Source: Camelus ferus
Lineage: Eukaryota
Length of the DNA stretch: 64,000 nucleotides
NCBI RefSeq assembly: GCF_009834535.1
Contig: NC_045697.1
Coordinates: 27,344,001-27,408,000 of the forward strand
Direction of reading: 5' to 3'
Shown one piece after another: positions 1-12,529 of this stretch; positions within the stretch are counted from its first letter, which is position 1; the number at the start of each line of letters is the position of its first letter. The notes below the pieces were generated by a model. That model saw only the letters and a list, made by a program, of their open reading frames with translations, was not told the origin of the DNA and made no database searches. The translations under genes were made by a program, and so were the position numbers.

Positions 1-364
1 AGCTAACCCTCCCCACTGTAATGTTTTTATATTGATGAAGAATTGACATTATGTAGAGATTAATTCCATAACTCTAACTAATGGACACTTGAGTTTTACT
101 CACTTAATTTTGCTTCCCTTACTGACTGCATGGTGACATTGTAGTTTCTCTACGTAGACTTTGATGGCTACAGCTTCTTTGGGGCAGCTTTCCTGTTTTC
201 AGTTGGATTTATATTTGCATTGGAATGGTGGGATGGCTTTGCTTTATTATTAATATATGCAGTATGTACACACCATGGTCCCAAGAGAGACGACATTCGG
301 TAGTGGTGGTCTGATCTTTCAGTTAGTTGTAGCTGGTTCCACCCCCTCCCCACCGACTTGAGTC

Positions 365-832
365 CAAGGATCCTTAACCTGGGGTCTGAGGATGGAAGTA
401 AGGGGTCAGGGATGGGGTCCATGAACTTGGGAAAAAAATTACACCTTTATTTTTACTAACCTTTTAACTGCAACTTGACACCTCCTTCAATTATGAATGT
501 AGTCATCTAACCTAGTAGCATTAGCAGCTCCTATGACAGTAAAATCAGTTATTTTCACATTGCATTATAGTTATTACACATTTCTCAAAAATACTGTATA
601 TGCACATCATTACTTTGAATTATGATAGTTATATGATTTGCCACTAGACCTTGTTGAACATGGTACTAAGCACATAATGCTATATCATAATTGTTTGGAT
701 AATTCCCTTTTGGTATAATTCTCTTGGATTGCCTTGTGTTCTGTTTTATGGCATTTAAAAATCTTATTCTGAGAAGAGACCATAGGGATCTGTCAGAGGG
801 GGTCCGTGGCGCAAAAAGTTTAGGAACCTCTG
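365..832. mobile_element. Ancient non-autonomous hAT-Charlie-type DNA transposon (MER-like)
   Basis: Degenerate terminal inverted repeats CAAGGATCCTTAACCT (365-380) and AGTTTAGGAACCTCTG (817-832) resembling CAGGGGTTCTTAACCT ends. Confidence 0.65.
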
Positions 833-1040
833 CTTTGGATCCTGGGGGCATTTGAGAGAGCACGCCAACCACGTTTGCTGGGAGCGCTGGTAGGAACCTG
901 GGGCGTGTAACTGAAAGCTGAGATACATCTCGAGTGTAAGATGCCTTCTAATCCCATGCAGCCTTGCCCACAGCGGCCACAGCCTCCGTAGCTCTTGTGA
1001 TCATTGTAAGGTATGCTCGCCATAAAAAGAAAGTTAAACT

Positions 1041-1197
1041 ACATTCCCTGTAGCCTTTGAAAAAATACGCTAAGTGATTCCCATCCAGAAATGGTTAAAA
1101 ATAGCATAGGCGCCTAAAGGGACAGCCTTCAGCTGTCTAGAAAAATCTTATAATCCGAAAGGATTTAGTCTCAGTGTTTCTGGTTTGCTATTTTTAA
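1041..1197. promoter_or_regulatory. Candidate muscle enhancer: MCAT-like + MEF2 + E-box + MEF2
   Basis: ACATTCC 1041-1047; TTAAAAATAG 1095-1104; CAGCTGTC 1130-1137; CTATTTTTAA 1188-1197. Confidence 0.55.
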
Positions 1198-1359
1198 AAC
1201 ATTTGTTCCTTCTGCAAATATCTGTTGCATGCATACTACGGGCTGGCATTGTGTTAAGAGAATTTACAGATTTATCATGGTTTCTCTTCCAAGGTCTACT
1301 TGAGATATTTCTTATCACTGAAAAACCTTGAAATCACTAAATTTTCATTTTCAGGTGTA

Positions 1360-1480
1360 ATCATTCACACATTGAGCACATTTGTTCAATACTTGCGTAT
1401 GCCAGGCACTGTCCTAGGCACTCCGGGCTACGTCATTGAACCAAATAGACAACGCTTCTGCTCTCTTAGAGCTGACGTTT
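1360..1480 (-). mobile_element. LINE-2 3' end fragment
   Basis: atgccaggcactgtcctaggcact...aaatagaca...ctgctctcttagagctgac typical of the L2 3' end; boundaries approximate. Confidence 0.65.
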
Positions 1481-1949
1481 GAGCAGTTAGGTGTCTTATG
1501 CTCTGAATTTGTAGGCTGTCCTGAATGTGCCTTAGAAACTGTTTACTACCCAGGGAGACCCATGTAGTTTTGTAAGGTAATGGTTTTCACTCTGTTCTGT
1601 GGGCCTTGTGACACCTCAGGCCTGGCAGGTGGAAGGATAAGGGCATGTTCTCTTTCCCCAGCTCCATCTGAATTGGAGCTCTCCTACTCTTCTGTATTCG
1701 AGGTTGCTGGGAAGTTGGGGTGGGGTTGAGGTGGGGGAGGGTTCTGTGGCCCACAGGGTATTTGGAAATTCAGTCACATTTTAAAAAATGTGGTTGGCAT
1801 TATCTGTGGCTGGCTGATATGGAGTAAATTTTCGTCATGTATTACCAGTTCTGTACTGAAAGGCAGTTGGAGTAACAGTAAGCTTGTTGCCTTTAGGTGC
1901 TGTCTTTAATAGAGTGGACCTTTTCTTACTCTGCAAATGTGAAGATCAC

Positions 1950-2140
1950 AACATTTATGGCTAGGCTCTGTACTAACAACTTTCACATTCATTGTTTAAT
2001 TTAATCCTCAAAACAACCTACAAGGTAGCCAGTAATACCCCATTTTGATGGAAGAAGAGTGCTGAGGTTCTAAGGAGCTGGGTGTCTTGCTCAGACATGC
2101 AAACGAAGCGGCCGAGTTAGGAACTTAGTCTGGCAGTCGT
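1950..2140 (-). mobile_element. MIR SINE fragment
   Basis: tttaatcctcaaaacaacctacaaggtag...cccattttga...ctgagg core; approximate. Confidence 0.6.
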
Positions 2141-3189
2141 GACAGAAGTCCCCATCCCAGCTGTCAGTGTCGTAGGTTCATGGATTCAGCTGGGGCAGCA
2201 GTTTTCCTAATGGTTGTGCCCACATCAAGAGTATCTCTGTCTTTTTAAAGGTAATTCTGTTTCTGTTCCCAGATGCCCCCTCTCCCTTCGGATGAAGAAT
2301 GTTTCTCTCTGGTCTAGTAAGCAGTCCTGGGTTCACTCTCATTTCCTACTCACCTCCTCTCCCGGATCTGCACACAAACGCCTTCCACACTCTAAACACA
2401 GCCAGGGGTCTAGGCAGAGTTGCAAAGTTTGGGATGCTCATAACACGTTTGCCAGAATGGCTTTTGATTGAGTAGAGTTCATGGCTGCTAGCATGAGACT
2501 AACTGGAACTGGATTCTGAATAGGTTAAATAAAAACTTTGTTTTTTTTGTATTTCCGTTGTATACAGTGTTTGCAGTGAATGGAATGGATGCTGTGGTTA
2601 TTGGGAAGGAATGAGATGGTTCTGTGATAGGTTTACAATATGCCCATGAGGATAAAAGTTAGTTTGTTTTTCTTAGTAAAGGAAACTACCATCTAGAACC
2701 ACAGGTAAGAAAAACAAAATTCTTAGCTGTGATATTTCTGGGCATGGGATTATGGGAAGTTTAACTTTATATGTTTCTGTGTTTTTATTTTACATGGATG
2801 TGTGTTAGACTTAGTATTGGAAATAAAAGATAGTAAAGAATACATTCTGCTGCTTTTAAGAAGGAAGTGGGATTATTGAAAAGTGGCAGGACTGTTAGTA
2901 CTTGTTGCTCCTTGGTTCTTCATGTTGGCCTTTCGCACCAAGGTGAGACGTTCGTTGCAGGCAGGCGGCGTGCTCCTTGCTGGGGCCCAGGAGGGGGGCC
3001 TGACCTTGGCCCCAGAAGGAGTCAGGGGTGGGGGCAAGGTGTTCCTCTTTTCTATCCCCTCTGCCCAGGAGCAGCCTGCCTGCGACATCTTCCTCATAAA
3101 ATGACCTTTCTGTCCAGCCTAGAGGTGGCAGCCCAGTTGGCCTAGAGGCACCTTGGCTGATGTTGGCTGGGAACGGAGGCCCCAGGGAC

Positions 3190-3214
3190 GGGGTGGGGTG
3201 GGGTGGGGTGGGGT
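3190..3214 (+). repeat. (GGGGT)5 pentamer repeat, G-quadruplex-capable
   Basis: Five G4 tracts separated by single T. Confidence 0.9.
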
Positions 3215-4169
3215 GTATATGCGAGGGAGGATCCCAGAGGGAGAAACACATGCTTTATCTTCCCCTTAGAACAAGGCGGGAGAGGGGGTGGGGGTGGGAG
3301 TGGGGAAGAATACGGGAGCAAAGCCTGCATTCTCCAGTGGCTGCCTTGATTCTGATAAACTGATTCCATTCAGTATGTTCTGAGTCCACAGAGTGAGACA
3401 GTGAGATACTGCCTGGGGCTGGTTGTCCTTGGGCCGGGGATCTCACCCATTGTACAGAAGTAAGGTTCAGATTTGCTTAACAGGACTGGACCGTGTGCTC
3501 CAGCAGTGTGAGCAGTAGCCTCCCTGGAGTTTGCGGGGCATGTGTGGGGCTCTTGGTGGCCTCGTGCAGAGTGGCCTGGGTTGTGAGATACGAGTGCAGC
3601 CTCCGTGGGGACGATGGTTTCTTGTGGCCGTGGCTGAGGGCCCAGCATTGGGCACAGGGTGTTCTCCTTTGCCCTTTCAGTTCCTCTGGGGGAGGAAAGC
3701 CTTACTCTTTTGCTGAAGAAATAAGTCCTGCCCTTGACCATTTTGTTGAAACCCAAAAAATTCCTTTGCTGGGTTTTCCAATGAGGTGGGTTCTGCTTAC
3801 AGGTAAGCGAAGGAGGGCCGTGAATCCCAGAGGGAGGGCAAGGCCACGTGATATGCCAGCAGCCCCTGTCACAGAGGACTGGCAGCAGTCCCACTGCAGA
3901 CGTGGGGCCCGGTGCAGGGGTAGAAAATGACCTTCCAAGAGAAGCAAAGTCATCTCTGAGAGGCACACTTAGACCTACGCGTGCGGCGTTGTGCAGATGC
4001 TTTGCAGATTACCCATGTTATGGGGCCCTCTTAGTCCTTTCGTGTTATATGTCGTTACTTCCCACTCTGCATAAATCATGTACCCAGTGACTTCACAGTT
4101 TGAATAATCTTGTACAGCCAGCACACAGGCCAATAAACAGTAGTCCAGAGCCCCCACGGGCCCCCTCCA

Positions 4170-4350
4170 AGTCCCCCTCCTCCAGAGATAATCCCTATTC
4201 TGACTCCTATTGTTATAATTTAGTTTCTCCTGTTTTTGAAGTTTGATAAAATGGAATCATACCACGTGATTCTTTTACATGTGTTGCTTTCACTCACTGT
4301 GCTTGTATTTACCCATGTTGTTGCGTGTGGGATAGCTTGTTCATTCTCAT
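4170..4350 (-). mobile_element. Old L1 (L1M-type) 3' region fragment
   Basis: ctattctgactcct...aaatggaatcatac...ttgctttcactca...cccatgttgttgcgtg...ttcattctcatt. Confidence 0.6.
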
Positions 4351-5169
4351 TCCTCAGGCACTGGGGTAGTAGCTGCTCAGGGAGTCTCCAGGACTTTCGT
4401 TTTGACGCATAGATGAGAACAGGTGAAAAGGACTCGTGTGTCTGCCACCTGATGGAAGGTCCATGTTCTCCTTTAAGTGTTTCTTCTGAAATTATTGATT
4501 TGAATATGAGCACTTGTGAGCTTGGAAATCAATTTTAACAAGTTTTGATGTGTTTGGTCCTGGATGATTTTAGGTAACACCTAGCTGGTTTTTCACTGTT
4601 TTATTTGTAAATGCACACCATGTGATCAAATTATTCCTATATTGAAGATCTCTCCCTCAGTGACAACATTTCATAAGGACATCATTTATAAAAACTGGCA
4701 TGTGTCCTGGAGAAGGAACCAGTGCTTTGTTTAATGGCACATTCACATGTTTTTAGTTCTCTGCCTTGTAGAAGAGGGACCCCAGTGTCCCTTTGTAGAG
4801 ATTATGTAGCATAACTGGTACATTATATTTGTGTTTCTTAATACTGGAGAGATTATTTTGAAGTAAACTTTGATCAAAATTATAGAGTAGCATTTCTTAT
4901 AAGGCATTTGCTATTACATGTTTAATATATAAGACCTTTGAAATGCAGCAAATTTATTGACAAATCAAATTCTCCCTTAAGTGATATAAATAGCTTATCA
5001 AGTATCAGTGTGGCTTGTCTGTGTTTTTGTCTTCACCAGTTTGTTCATCTCTGCTGTGAGCAGGGTCTGCACCTGTGCCGTGGGGCTGCCTTGCTGCTGT
5101 TCACAGCTTGCCTGGGGCCTTCATAATCGCGGAGGTTTTGGGTGTAATGGTGTGGTGGGCAGGGTGAGG

Positions 5170-5365
5170 AGTGCATTCCTTACCTTGGGGCGCAACGAAG
5201 GACAGGTGATAAATCCGGGATTCTGCCCTTTAGAGCCGCCGGGCACTTCTGAAAACGGCAGATGCCTGGCCCCACCTCCAACCAGACTGAGGCGGGCAGG
5301 TCACTCGGTTTTAGAACTACTGGCAATTCTAATGTGCAGCCACATTTGAGTTGCGAATCAGTGCA
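5170..5365. mobile_element. MER5-like hAT DNA transposon, degraded
   Basis: aaacggcagatgcctggccccacctcca...aattctaatgtgcagccacatttgag. Confidence 0.5.
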
Positions 5366-7499
5366 TTAAATGAAGAGGGTTGGACTTTAAGGACTTATGT
5401 TCCCAGGTTGACCATCCAGTGATTTCTGTCAATATTTATGCTGGCCATTCAGAATATTTTGGCTTTTAGAAATGGCTTTAGAAAATTGACAAAATAATTT
5501 CATACTCTTACCTGCGGTATTTCCTCCCACTCTTTCTTCTCCCACCTTTTGTTAGCTCCTGCAGCTGTTAAATCACATCTTATGTTGGCTTTTAGTCTCA
5601 TTTTGTAGAAGAGTGTTGGTTTGGCCAGAGGTTTAGTGAACCTTTCAACAGATTGTTTTAGAGCATGATGCTGGGTTTTGAGTTTGCAGCGCATCTTTCC
5701 ATGGGGTTAAAAGCTACTAAGAATTTATCCAGTTTGCCGGTTCCGAACTGGGGGGCTGAATACTACTACTTCTGTTCTACGTGTGATGAAAGATCAAGAC
5801 CCGGGGGTAGAAGATGAGGCAGTCAGGAAGGGGGGCATGTGGCCTGTGCCAGGCGCCCACAGTCGCTGGCACTTCTTCTGTGCCAGGCACATCCCTAGCC
5901 AACTACAGCACATCTGATCACTCTTGTGGGAAGGTGTAACATGTCAGGCTGAACTTTTAGCTGATTGTAAGCGCCCAACAGGATAAAACAGACCTCTGCT
6001 CAGGACCAGCCTTCTCTAGCACACGTTGTCGCTGGGCTCCTGCGTGTGGTCTAGCGTCTGCCCCATTATGTTGGAAACCACATTTTTAGGTGTGTCTCTT
6101 ACTTCCTACACTGTGACCCTCTAATGGGTCAGGCGGCTCACTCATGGTATGAGGCATGTTCGTTTCTTCCTGTTGAATCCAGTCTCAGCAGGCTGAACCT
6201 TCCAGGGTAACCTGAATGCTCATGTGTCTTACCTAGATAGTGTCAGACAGCTGTTTTATTCTCATTAAATAATTTAAGTGTCGAGCACTAGTCAAAAGAT
6301 ATTTAGGTGTTTTGTATGAAATTCAAGGCATGTAAGATAAAGTAAGGAGACACTTGGTTTAATTTTGTTTTCTTCCCCTATTTACCTTGTTTATGACCAA
6401 CAAATAGAAATAACCACTCATTACCAACAAAAACAAAACACAAGTCTGTTCCTTCTGGAAAGTAATTATGTTGAATGATTATTTTCTGTTTGAAGTGCTT
6501 GTTTTTAACTCCTGACAGTGACAGAACATTTCATCCATCAGACAAAGCACAGCGTGGCTTGCCGTATTTTCGCAGTTTTGGAATGTTTTAATTTTAAATA
6601 ACAAGGAGAAGTGCTAGAGTTTTAAATACAAGTATGGGCTGCTCTAGATTGATTTAGTATTTATTTGTTACTAGTTGGCAGCAAAACAAAAGTGTAAACG
6701 TAGTAAAATGACTTTCCATTCAAAAGGCTGTTTCAGGAGCTCTTTCCCAAGTCCTTGTGAAAAAAATTATACTTGCAGTGTGTTTATAATCCTTTAAAAT
6801 CCCCGAATCCTTAAAAAGAAACTTGACCCAAATGTTAAGTAAGGACTTTATTTACAGAAATGAGTATTTCTAATTCTCTTAGAGTATCATTTTCTGGCTA
6901 CTTATAAAACGATATTCACTCAAGCCTGCTATAGTAAGTTCATACTACACTGTACATTTGTTAGTGTGTGAATGCAAGAGAAACTCATTTTGGTTGTGAA
7001 ATAAGTGCAGATTGAGTTTAAAATTGAACTTTAGCATAAACTCAAATAGGTCAACAGAAGAGCAGTTTAGTAAACTTCCGATATGTCTAAACGGGGCCTA
7101 TTTCTTCATTATTGGTGATTCATTTTACTTAACATTTTTGGTGTGATTCCCATTGTAAAAGGAAATAAAACCAAATCTCAAACCCCTATTGAATTTACCC
7201 CAGCAAAGTGCTTTTCAGATTCTTGTTTTTGCTGTAGTTTTGATTTACTTGATCTGCTTATCTGCAATCTTAAATGACGTGGATATTATTCCTGTGACTA
7301 AACTAAAAAAAGATTTTGTTGAAAGTTCCCTGATCGTATCAGTGGGAATAAAACTCCACTGACTCAGTGTGTTTGCCCTAAAAGGGTCTGTATTTGCAGT
7401 AAACGTTGTAACTTGAAGTATATGTTCTGATAGACTGAAGTTTCACCTTGAGACATCTTTCAGTTGTTTGCTGACTTTGGAGGGTCAGTGTTGGCACCC

Positions 7500-8258
7500 C
7501 GTTGGTGTTTACATCTGGCTGTGAGCTGCGGCTCCAGCAGACACATCTCAGCCCATGTTATTCTCAGAGGCCACCTCTTCCTTTCTTGAAGAGAGAGTGC
7601 TTGCTCCCCTTGGCATCTCTGACGTTATCCTCACCTGCTGCCTCCTCCTTCTTGGCCTGGATTGCTCAGTTTCATGATACCTGAAATGCTGGTGTATCAG
7701 TGTCACACCTTTGCCCCTCACTTACTTTCCTGTTTCTGTTCCCAAGGCATCAGCCACCTCCTGTCTGTGTATGTGTGTATCTGGGCCGCTAGTGTCCAGT
7801 CTAGATCTCCTGGCTTGACCTCCAGGCCTGCTGGTCCATCTGTCTACCAGATGCCGTTACTTACACATCCTCCTGGCTGTCCTCAACATGGACAGGAGCG
7901 GAGCTCATTGGGATGTCTCCCCAAACCCACTGCCTCTGTGTTCTCTACTAACAAAGCCAAAGCCAGAGCCTAGGGAATTCCGTGCAGTCTTCATGCCCTC
8001 AGCGCCCCCATCCAGGTAGTCGCCAAGTCTTGTGGGTCTGTCTTCCAGAATCTTTCCCGCAGCCTCTCTCTCCATCTTTAGTGCTTGTTCCCAGCAGACC
8101 CCATCTTGGTGACTGTAAAGGATTCTGACTGAACCTCCCTCTGGCCACATTCCCTTCCCAGCCAGGGCTGCCTGGTGTTCATCTCAGTCTTCTGAATCCC
8201 ACCCTCCTGGCAACCAGTCAGACATAGGAAAACGCTGGGAAAGAAAATGAATAAATGA
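7500..8258 (+). mobile_element. LINE-2 fragments
   Basis: pyrimidine-rich L2-like body ending in aaatgaataaatga tail; approximate. Confidence 0.5.
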
Positions 8259-9126
8259 GCTAATTCCCTTATGTAACAACAACAGTGTGGGTGAGTCCAG
8301 GACAGAGTTATAGAGGATAGAAAATTCATGACTTCATCACAAGTGGATATTATACCTTCATTTTCCACAAAACAGTGCTCCAGGTCTGTTCCGGTAAAGG
8401 AAACTAAGCCATCAAAGTTTTACAAACTTAGGCACAAATGGAGCTCACTTTTTAGTCCCCTAGTGTACTTAAATGCCTTACAGAAACGTTTTTAAAAAAA
8501 TTAGATTTTCAACTGTTTACCATTTATTGTTGAAACTATGTATGGCAATAGGCCTTCAGATATTCTGAAGTTGTTATATTCTTAACAGGATTCCTGTGAT
8601 TTTTTTTTTTTAACCCCAGTTATCTCCTTTATACCCGTATTCACACGACTCACCAGAGCAAGGAGAGGGAGGCACTGGTCTTTGACTAAAGCATGTCTTT
8701 TGAAGGTTCTGAGGAAAGTACAGGGGACATTGGTGATTGGAAAAATACACCACAGCTCAGCTGTAGCCAGGGTACGACGTCCTCTTTAGTGGCCTCTTCG
8801 GACCCTGTGAAGCCAGGAAACAGTCACGTTCTCTACTTTGTGTCTTGCTTGTGTCTGTACCTTTTATTACTTAATCACCATAAATTTACGTGACTGCACA
8901 CAAAGAAAGACACTGTTACTTCGGATGCAGCGGAAGACCCAGCATATAGGAATGTCAGTTATTTTAAGAAGCCTTGAAAGACTGAGTAAGCTTTGAATTT
9001 TCTTCTACTCAGAGTGGGGTTAATAATTAGGAAGATTTACGTGACTCTTGCCAGATAAAATAATTTCACACACTTGCTCAGAAAACCTGCAAGGTTTTAT
9101 ACTTGCATAAATTGGTTATATATTTT

Positions 9127-9274
9127 AAAAACTTTTTATTTATTTATTTTATTATTTTGGGAGGGAGGTAGTTAGGTTCTTATTTATTTATCTTTAATGG
9201 AGTCACTAAGGATTGAACCCAGGACCTTATGCATGCTAGGCATGCACTCTGCCACTGAGCTATACCGTCCCCCC
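9127..9274 (-). mobile_element. tRNA-derived SINE (camelid vic-1-like)
   Basis: reverse complement gives GGGGGGACGGTATAGCTCAGTGGCAGAG..GGTTCAATCC (A and B boxes), (TAAA)n, ACCTAACTACCTCCC, A-rich tail; target-site duplication aattggtt(a/c)ta on both sides (9110.. and 9275..). Confidence 0.88.
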
Positions 9275-10899
9275 AATTGGTTCTATTTTTTGAAAAAGGC
9301 ATTATTCTTTACCCTCACAGAACCAACTTTTACCTGAAACATTTATAAGCATTTTTTGTCCTCAGAGAAACTGAGGCTGTTCTTGCCAAAGTCTTGTAGT
9401 GACTGATTGGCAAAGGTGTGAATGAAACCTAGACTTTCTCTCTCTTCTGTCCTGTCTTCTTTTATATTGGTGAATAATTTTTAGGCCTCTGCAGGATGTA
9501 TAATTACCTGTCAGGAGAGGAATGAGCTGCAGCACAAGCAAATACTCAGTACAGATGGATGCTTGATGTGGAGACTCTGGCTTAGTGTGTTAGGTCTTAT
9601 GTTTTAGGAATTAATTTTTTAAAATATAAAATATGCCTAAAGATATTTTGACTCTTCGTATGGTAAAATGCTTTGAGAGGCCATATCTTAATCTTTATGG
9701 CAGAGATTGTCTTTAAGGGTGTTGATATGAAATGACAGAGAAAAATCTTTTGCGTCATTGGGTCTTTGGGGATTATGTTAGGAACACAGAATATAAGCTT
9801 TCCTTTTAAAATCTACAAAAACCACTTCCCCAGGTTGATCTTTGACCTGAATTGAAAAGGGGTTTAGTTTTCTTTTCCCTCTATAATGCTGTTAAAAAAG
9901 ACATTGGGCCAGTGGGTCTTAAACTGGATTTTCTTACAGAGGAAAGGAAAAATTGCTTTGGGTGTTAGGGCACAAGGAAAACCGGTCCCTTCCTTATGGA
10001 GACTGAATCGGTGCCTCTCCTGGGTCAGCACTGTGGCTGCACACCACCCAGATGATTGCACAGACGCTCATTCATCTCTGTCTGCGCGGCTTTGAAGCAT
10101 CTGGTCAGAAGCTGATGGTGAGAGGGTGTAGCAGTAGGGCTGACAGTAGCACACGGGGCCCTTTTGCTAGTTCTCTTGATCATGACATTACATTAGGGAC
10201 CAAAGGCTTTAGCAGCTCACAGGAAAGAAGCCCCAGTGTGTTGCTGTGATAATGATACTGTCATGGTTGCTTACCCCTTAATTAAAACCTCCTCGCTGTG
10301 TAGTCGGCACTCTTCCACTATTAGGAAGTATAGGACTGAGGAATAATAAATTGTCAGTTGTCATTAGAGAAAATAATGATGTTATGATTAGAAGTGTTTT
10401 GTAAGATAATTTCAGTCTTGCTACCCTCATCCCATCATTTATTGTGGAAGCCTTAATGTGCGGCCATGAGATCTAGAAGTAACTGCATAATGTTTTGGTG
10501 ACAGGTGGACCTCTATGGGGGTGACAACATCTCCAGAGAGGGCCTTTGGCTTTGGACTGGGGGGACCAGGCTGGATTTGAATCCAGGGTTTGCTACGTTG
10601 GGCTGTGGGTCTCAAGGTTAGTCGCTTAAGCTCATGGGGTGTTGGGCATGGGAACCCTCTAGCATAGCCTGGGCGTGTAAGAGGTGCTTAATAAGTATCA
10701 TTCCCCTTTTGATCTCTGTGAAAGTTGAACATTTCCCTCTCATGGTCCCAGGTTCTGCGTGGGATGCTCCTTCAGGACCGTGCGATGGAATACGCAGTGT
10801 GAGGTCGGTCAGAGTGCGGCGTTGGCTCCTTGCCGATGCGGGCCCTGTGTGGTACCCACCGCCGCCTGTTCCAAGTAACGCTCCTTCCTTTCCCGCCAG

Positions 10900-11418
10900 G
10901 TGCCTGAGATCATCAGCTCCATCCGACAGGCCGGGAAGATCGCCCGCCAGGAGGAGCTCCGTTGCCCGTCGGAGTTTGATGACACCTTCGCCAAGAAGTT
11001 CGAGGTGCTGTTCTGCGGCCGCGTGGCGGTGGCGCACCGGAAGGCCCCGCCCGCCCTGATCGACGAATGCATCGAGGGCTTCAGCCACGTCTGCGGCAGC
11101 TCCCGGGGCTGGGAGACTGCGCCCCCCGCCCCCGCCCCCGCCCCCGCCCCCGCCGGAGGCTTTTCCTTCTCGGATAAATTCCGGTCTGTGCTGCAGCCGG
11201 CTGCTGATGCCGAGCAGGGCCCGCGGCCGATGCGCAAGTCCTTCTCCCAGCCGGGGCTGCGCTCCCTGGCCTTCAGGAAGGAGTTTCAAGATGCAAGCCT
11301 GCGAAGTAGTAGTTTTTTCAGCTCTTTTGAGGAAAACGACATTGAGAACCACCTAATTAGTGGACACAATATTGTGCAGCCGACAGATATTGAGGAAAAT
11401 CGAACTATGCTCTTCACG
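10900..11418 (+). CDS. TBC1D1: TBC1D1 coding exon (~exon 3), 519 nt, phase 0-0: end of PTB1, start of PTB2, AMPK/14-3-3 site equivalent to human Ser237 (TCC 11245-11247)
   Basis: Acceptor ttcccgccag|GTG CCT GAG; donor ACG|gtaaaa; translates VPEIISSIRQ...RKSFSQPGLRSL...EENRTMLFT. Confidence 0.97.
11125..11154 (+). repeat. Coding hexamer microsatellite (CCCGCC)5 encoding (Pro-Ala)5
   Basis: CCC GCC x5 in the TBC1D1 frame. Confidence 0.95.
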
Positions 11419-11741
11419 GTAAAATATTCTCAAACCTCCTGCACATCCCCAGTCTGAACTGTGTGTTTAAAAGAAAATTTGCTTTTTTGAGTGAAGATTA
11501 TCTGTGAATTGCTTTTGGATTTATGCATGAATCCAAATATTTTTATATTGAATAATTTTTTTCTCAGGAGAAAATCCTTATTTTAGTCCCTATTAGTTCC
11601 TATTAGGAGTCATCAGGGGGAAGCAAAGAGAATCTGTCTTCTATCCTGTCTAATTTTTATCCCCCTCCCTCGGGGTTGTGCAGACACCTTTTCAATGTGG
11701 TAAAAACAGTTAATATGTATAAAAGAGGCCCCCAAAGGTTT

Positions 11742-11772
<31 letters not shown>

Positions 11773-11829
11773 ATATATATGTATATATGTGTGTATATAT
11801 ATATGTATATATATATATATATATATATA
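11742..11829. repeat. Compound (TA)n/(TG)n microsatellite
   Basis: 88 nt of alternating purine-pyrimidine sequence. Confidence 0.97.
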
Positions 11830-12529
11830 AATTTCAAGTAATATATTTCAACACAATCTTTTTGGAAGATACTCCCTCTTTACTATTGTTATTAATTTGT
11901 AAAATACTTATCCTTTGTAAGTCTGGATAATTAGATTTGGGGATAACCTGATTTTTGAAATTTATACACAAACTGAAATATTAGTTTAGCCAACTGCTTA
12001 CTCATTTTTTTCTAGAAGCAGTTTGGTAAACTGACAGTGAGCCAAATGCCCGAAGAGGCATGGACAGGGAAGCTGTCCCTGGCAGTGGCGGCTCCTGGCT
12101 TACGTGCTGATCCTGGCCCTTCTGGATGTGTTGCCCTCCCTGGGAGCTCTCTGGGTCTGAGCTGACAGGACTCAGAGCCCTCCCAACAGTGAGCTGGCCT
12201 CCGATGATACAGGGGACTGACTGTCCCTCGGTCTCCTCTGTCTCTTCTTTGGCTTTAGGCTGACTGACATTCTAGAAAGAGCAAAATTAACTTAAATGTA
12301 ATGTCTGGTTTCTGTGGCGAAGGGTGAGGAAGCTGGCTGTGTGCATGTATGCAGGTCCAAGATCAATATGGTGTGTCACAGAGTAAATAGGACCCATTTC
12401 TTCCTCTTTTCATGTTGACCTAGTATCCTGAAAAGAGTGTTATGTTGACAGTCAGACTTGTGCTTTAACTTGTGATTTATATTTTAAAAAAAGACAAAAA
12501 CTCTCAGTGTCATTGGGAAAGCTGCTCAG

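Noticed and set aside
3370..3966. 198-aa and overlapping ORFs in the 2.9-4.0 kb block
   Set aside because: Several overlapping frames on both strands reflect GC content; no recognisable protein.
10618..11352. 244-aa minus-strand ORF with a poly-Gly run
   Set aside because: Antisense shadow of GC-rich TBC1D1 exon 3; the poly-Gly is the (CCCGCC)n repeat read on the other strand; no recognisable domain.
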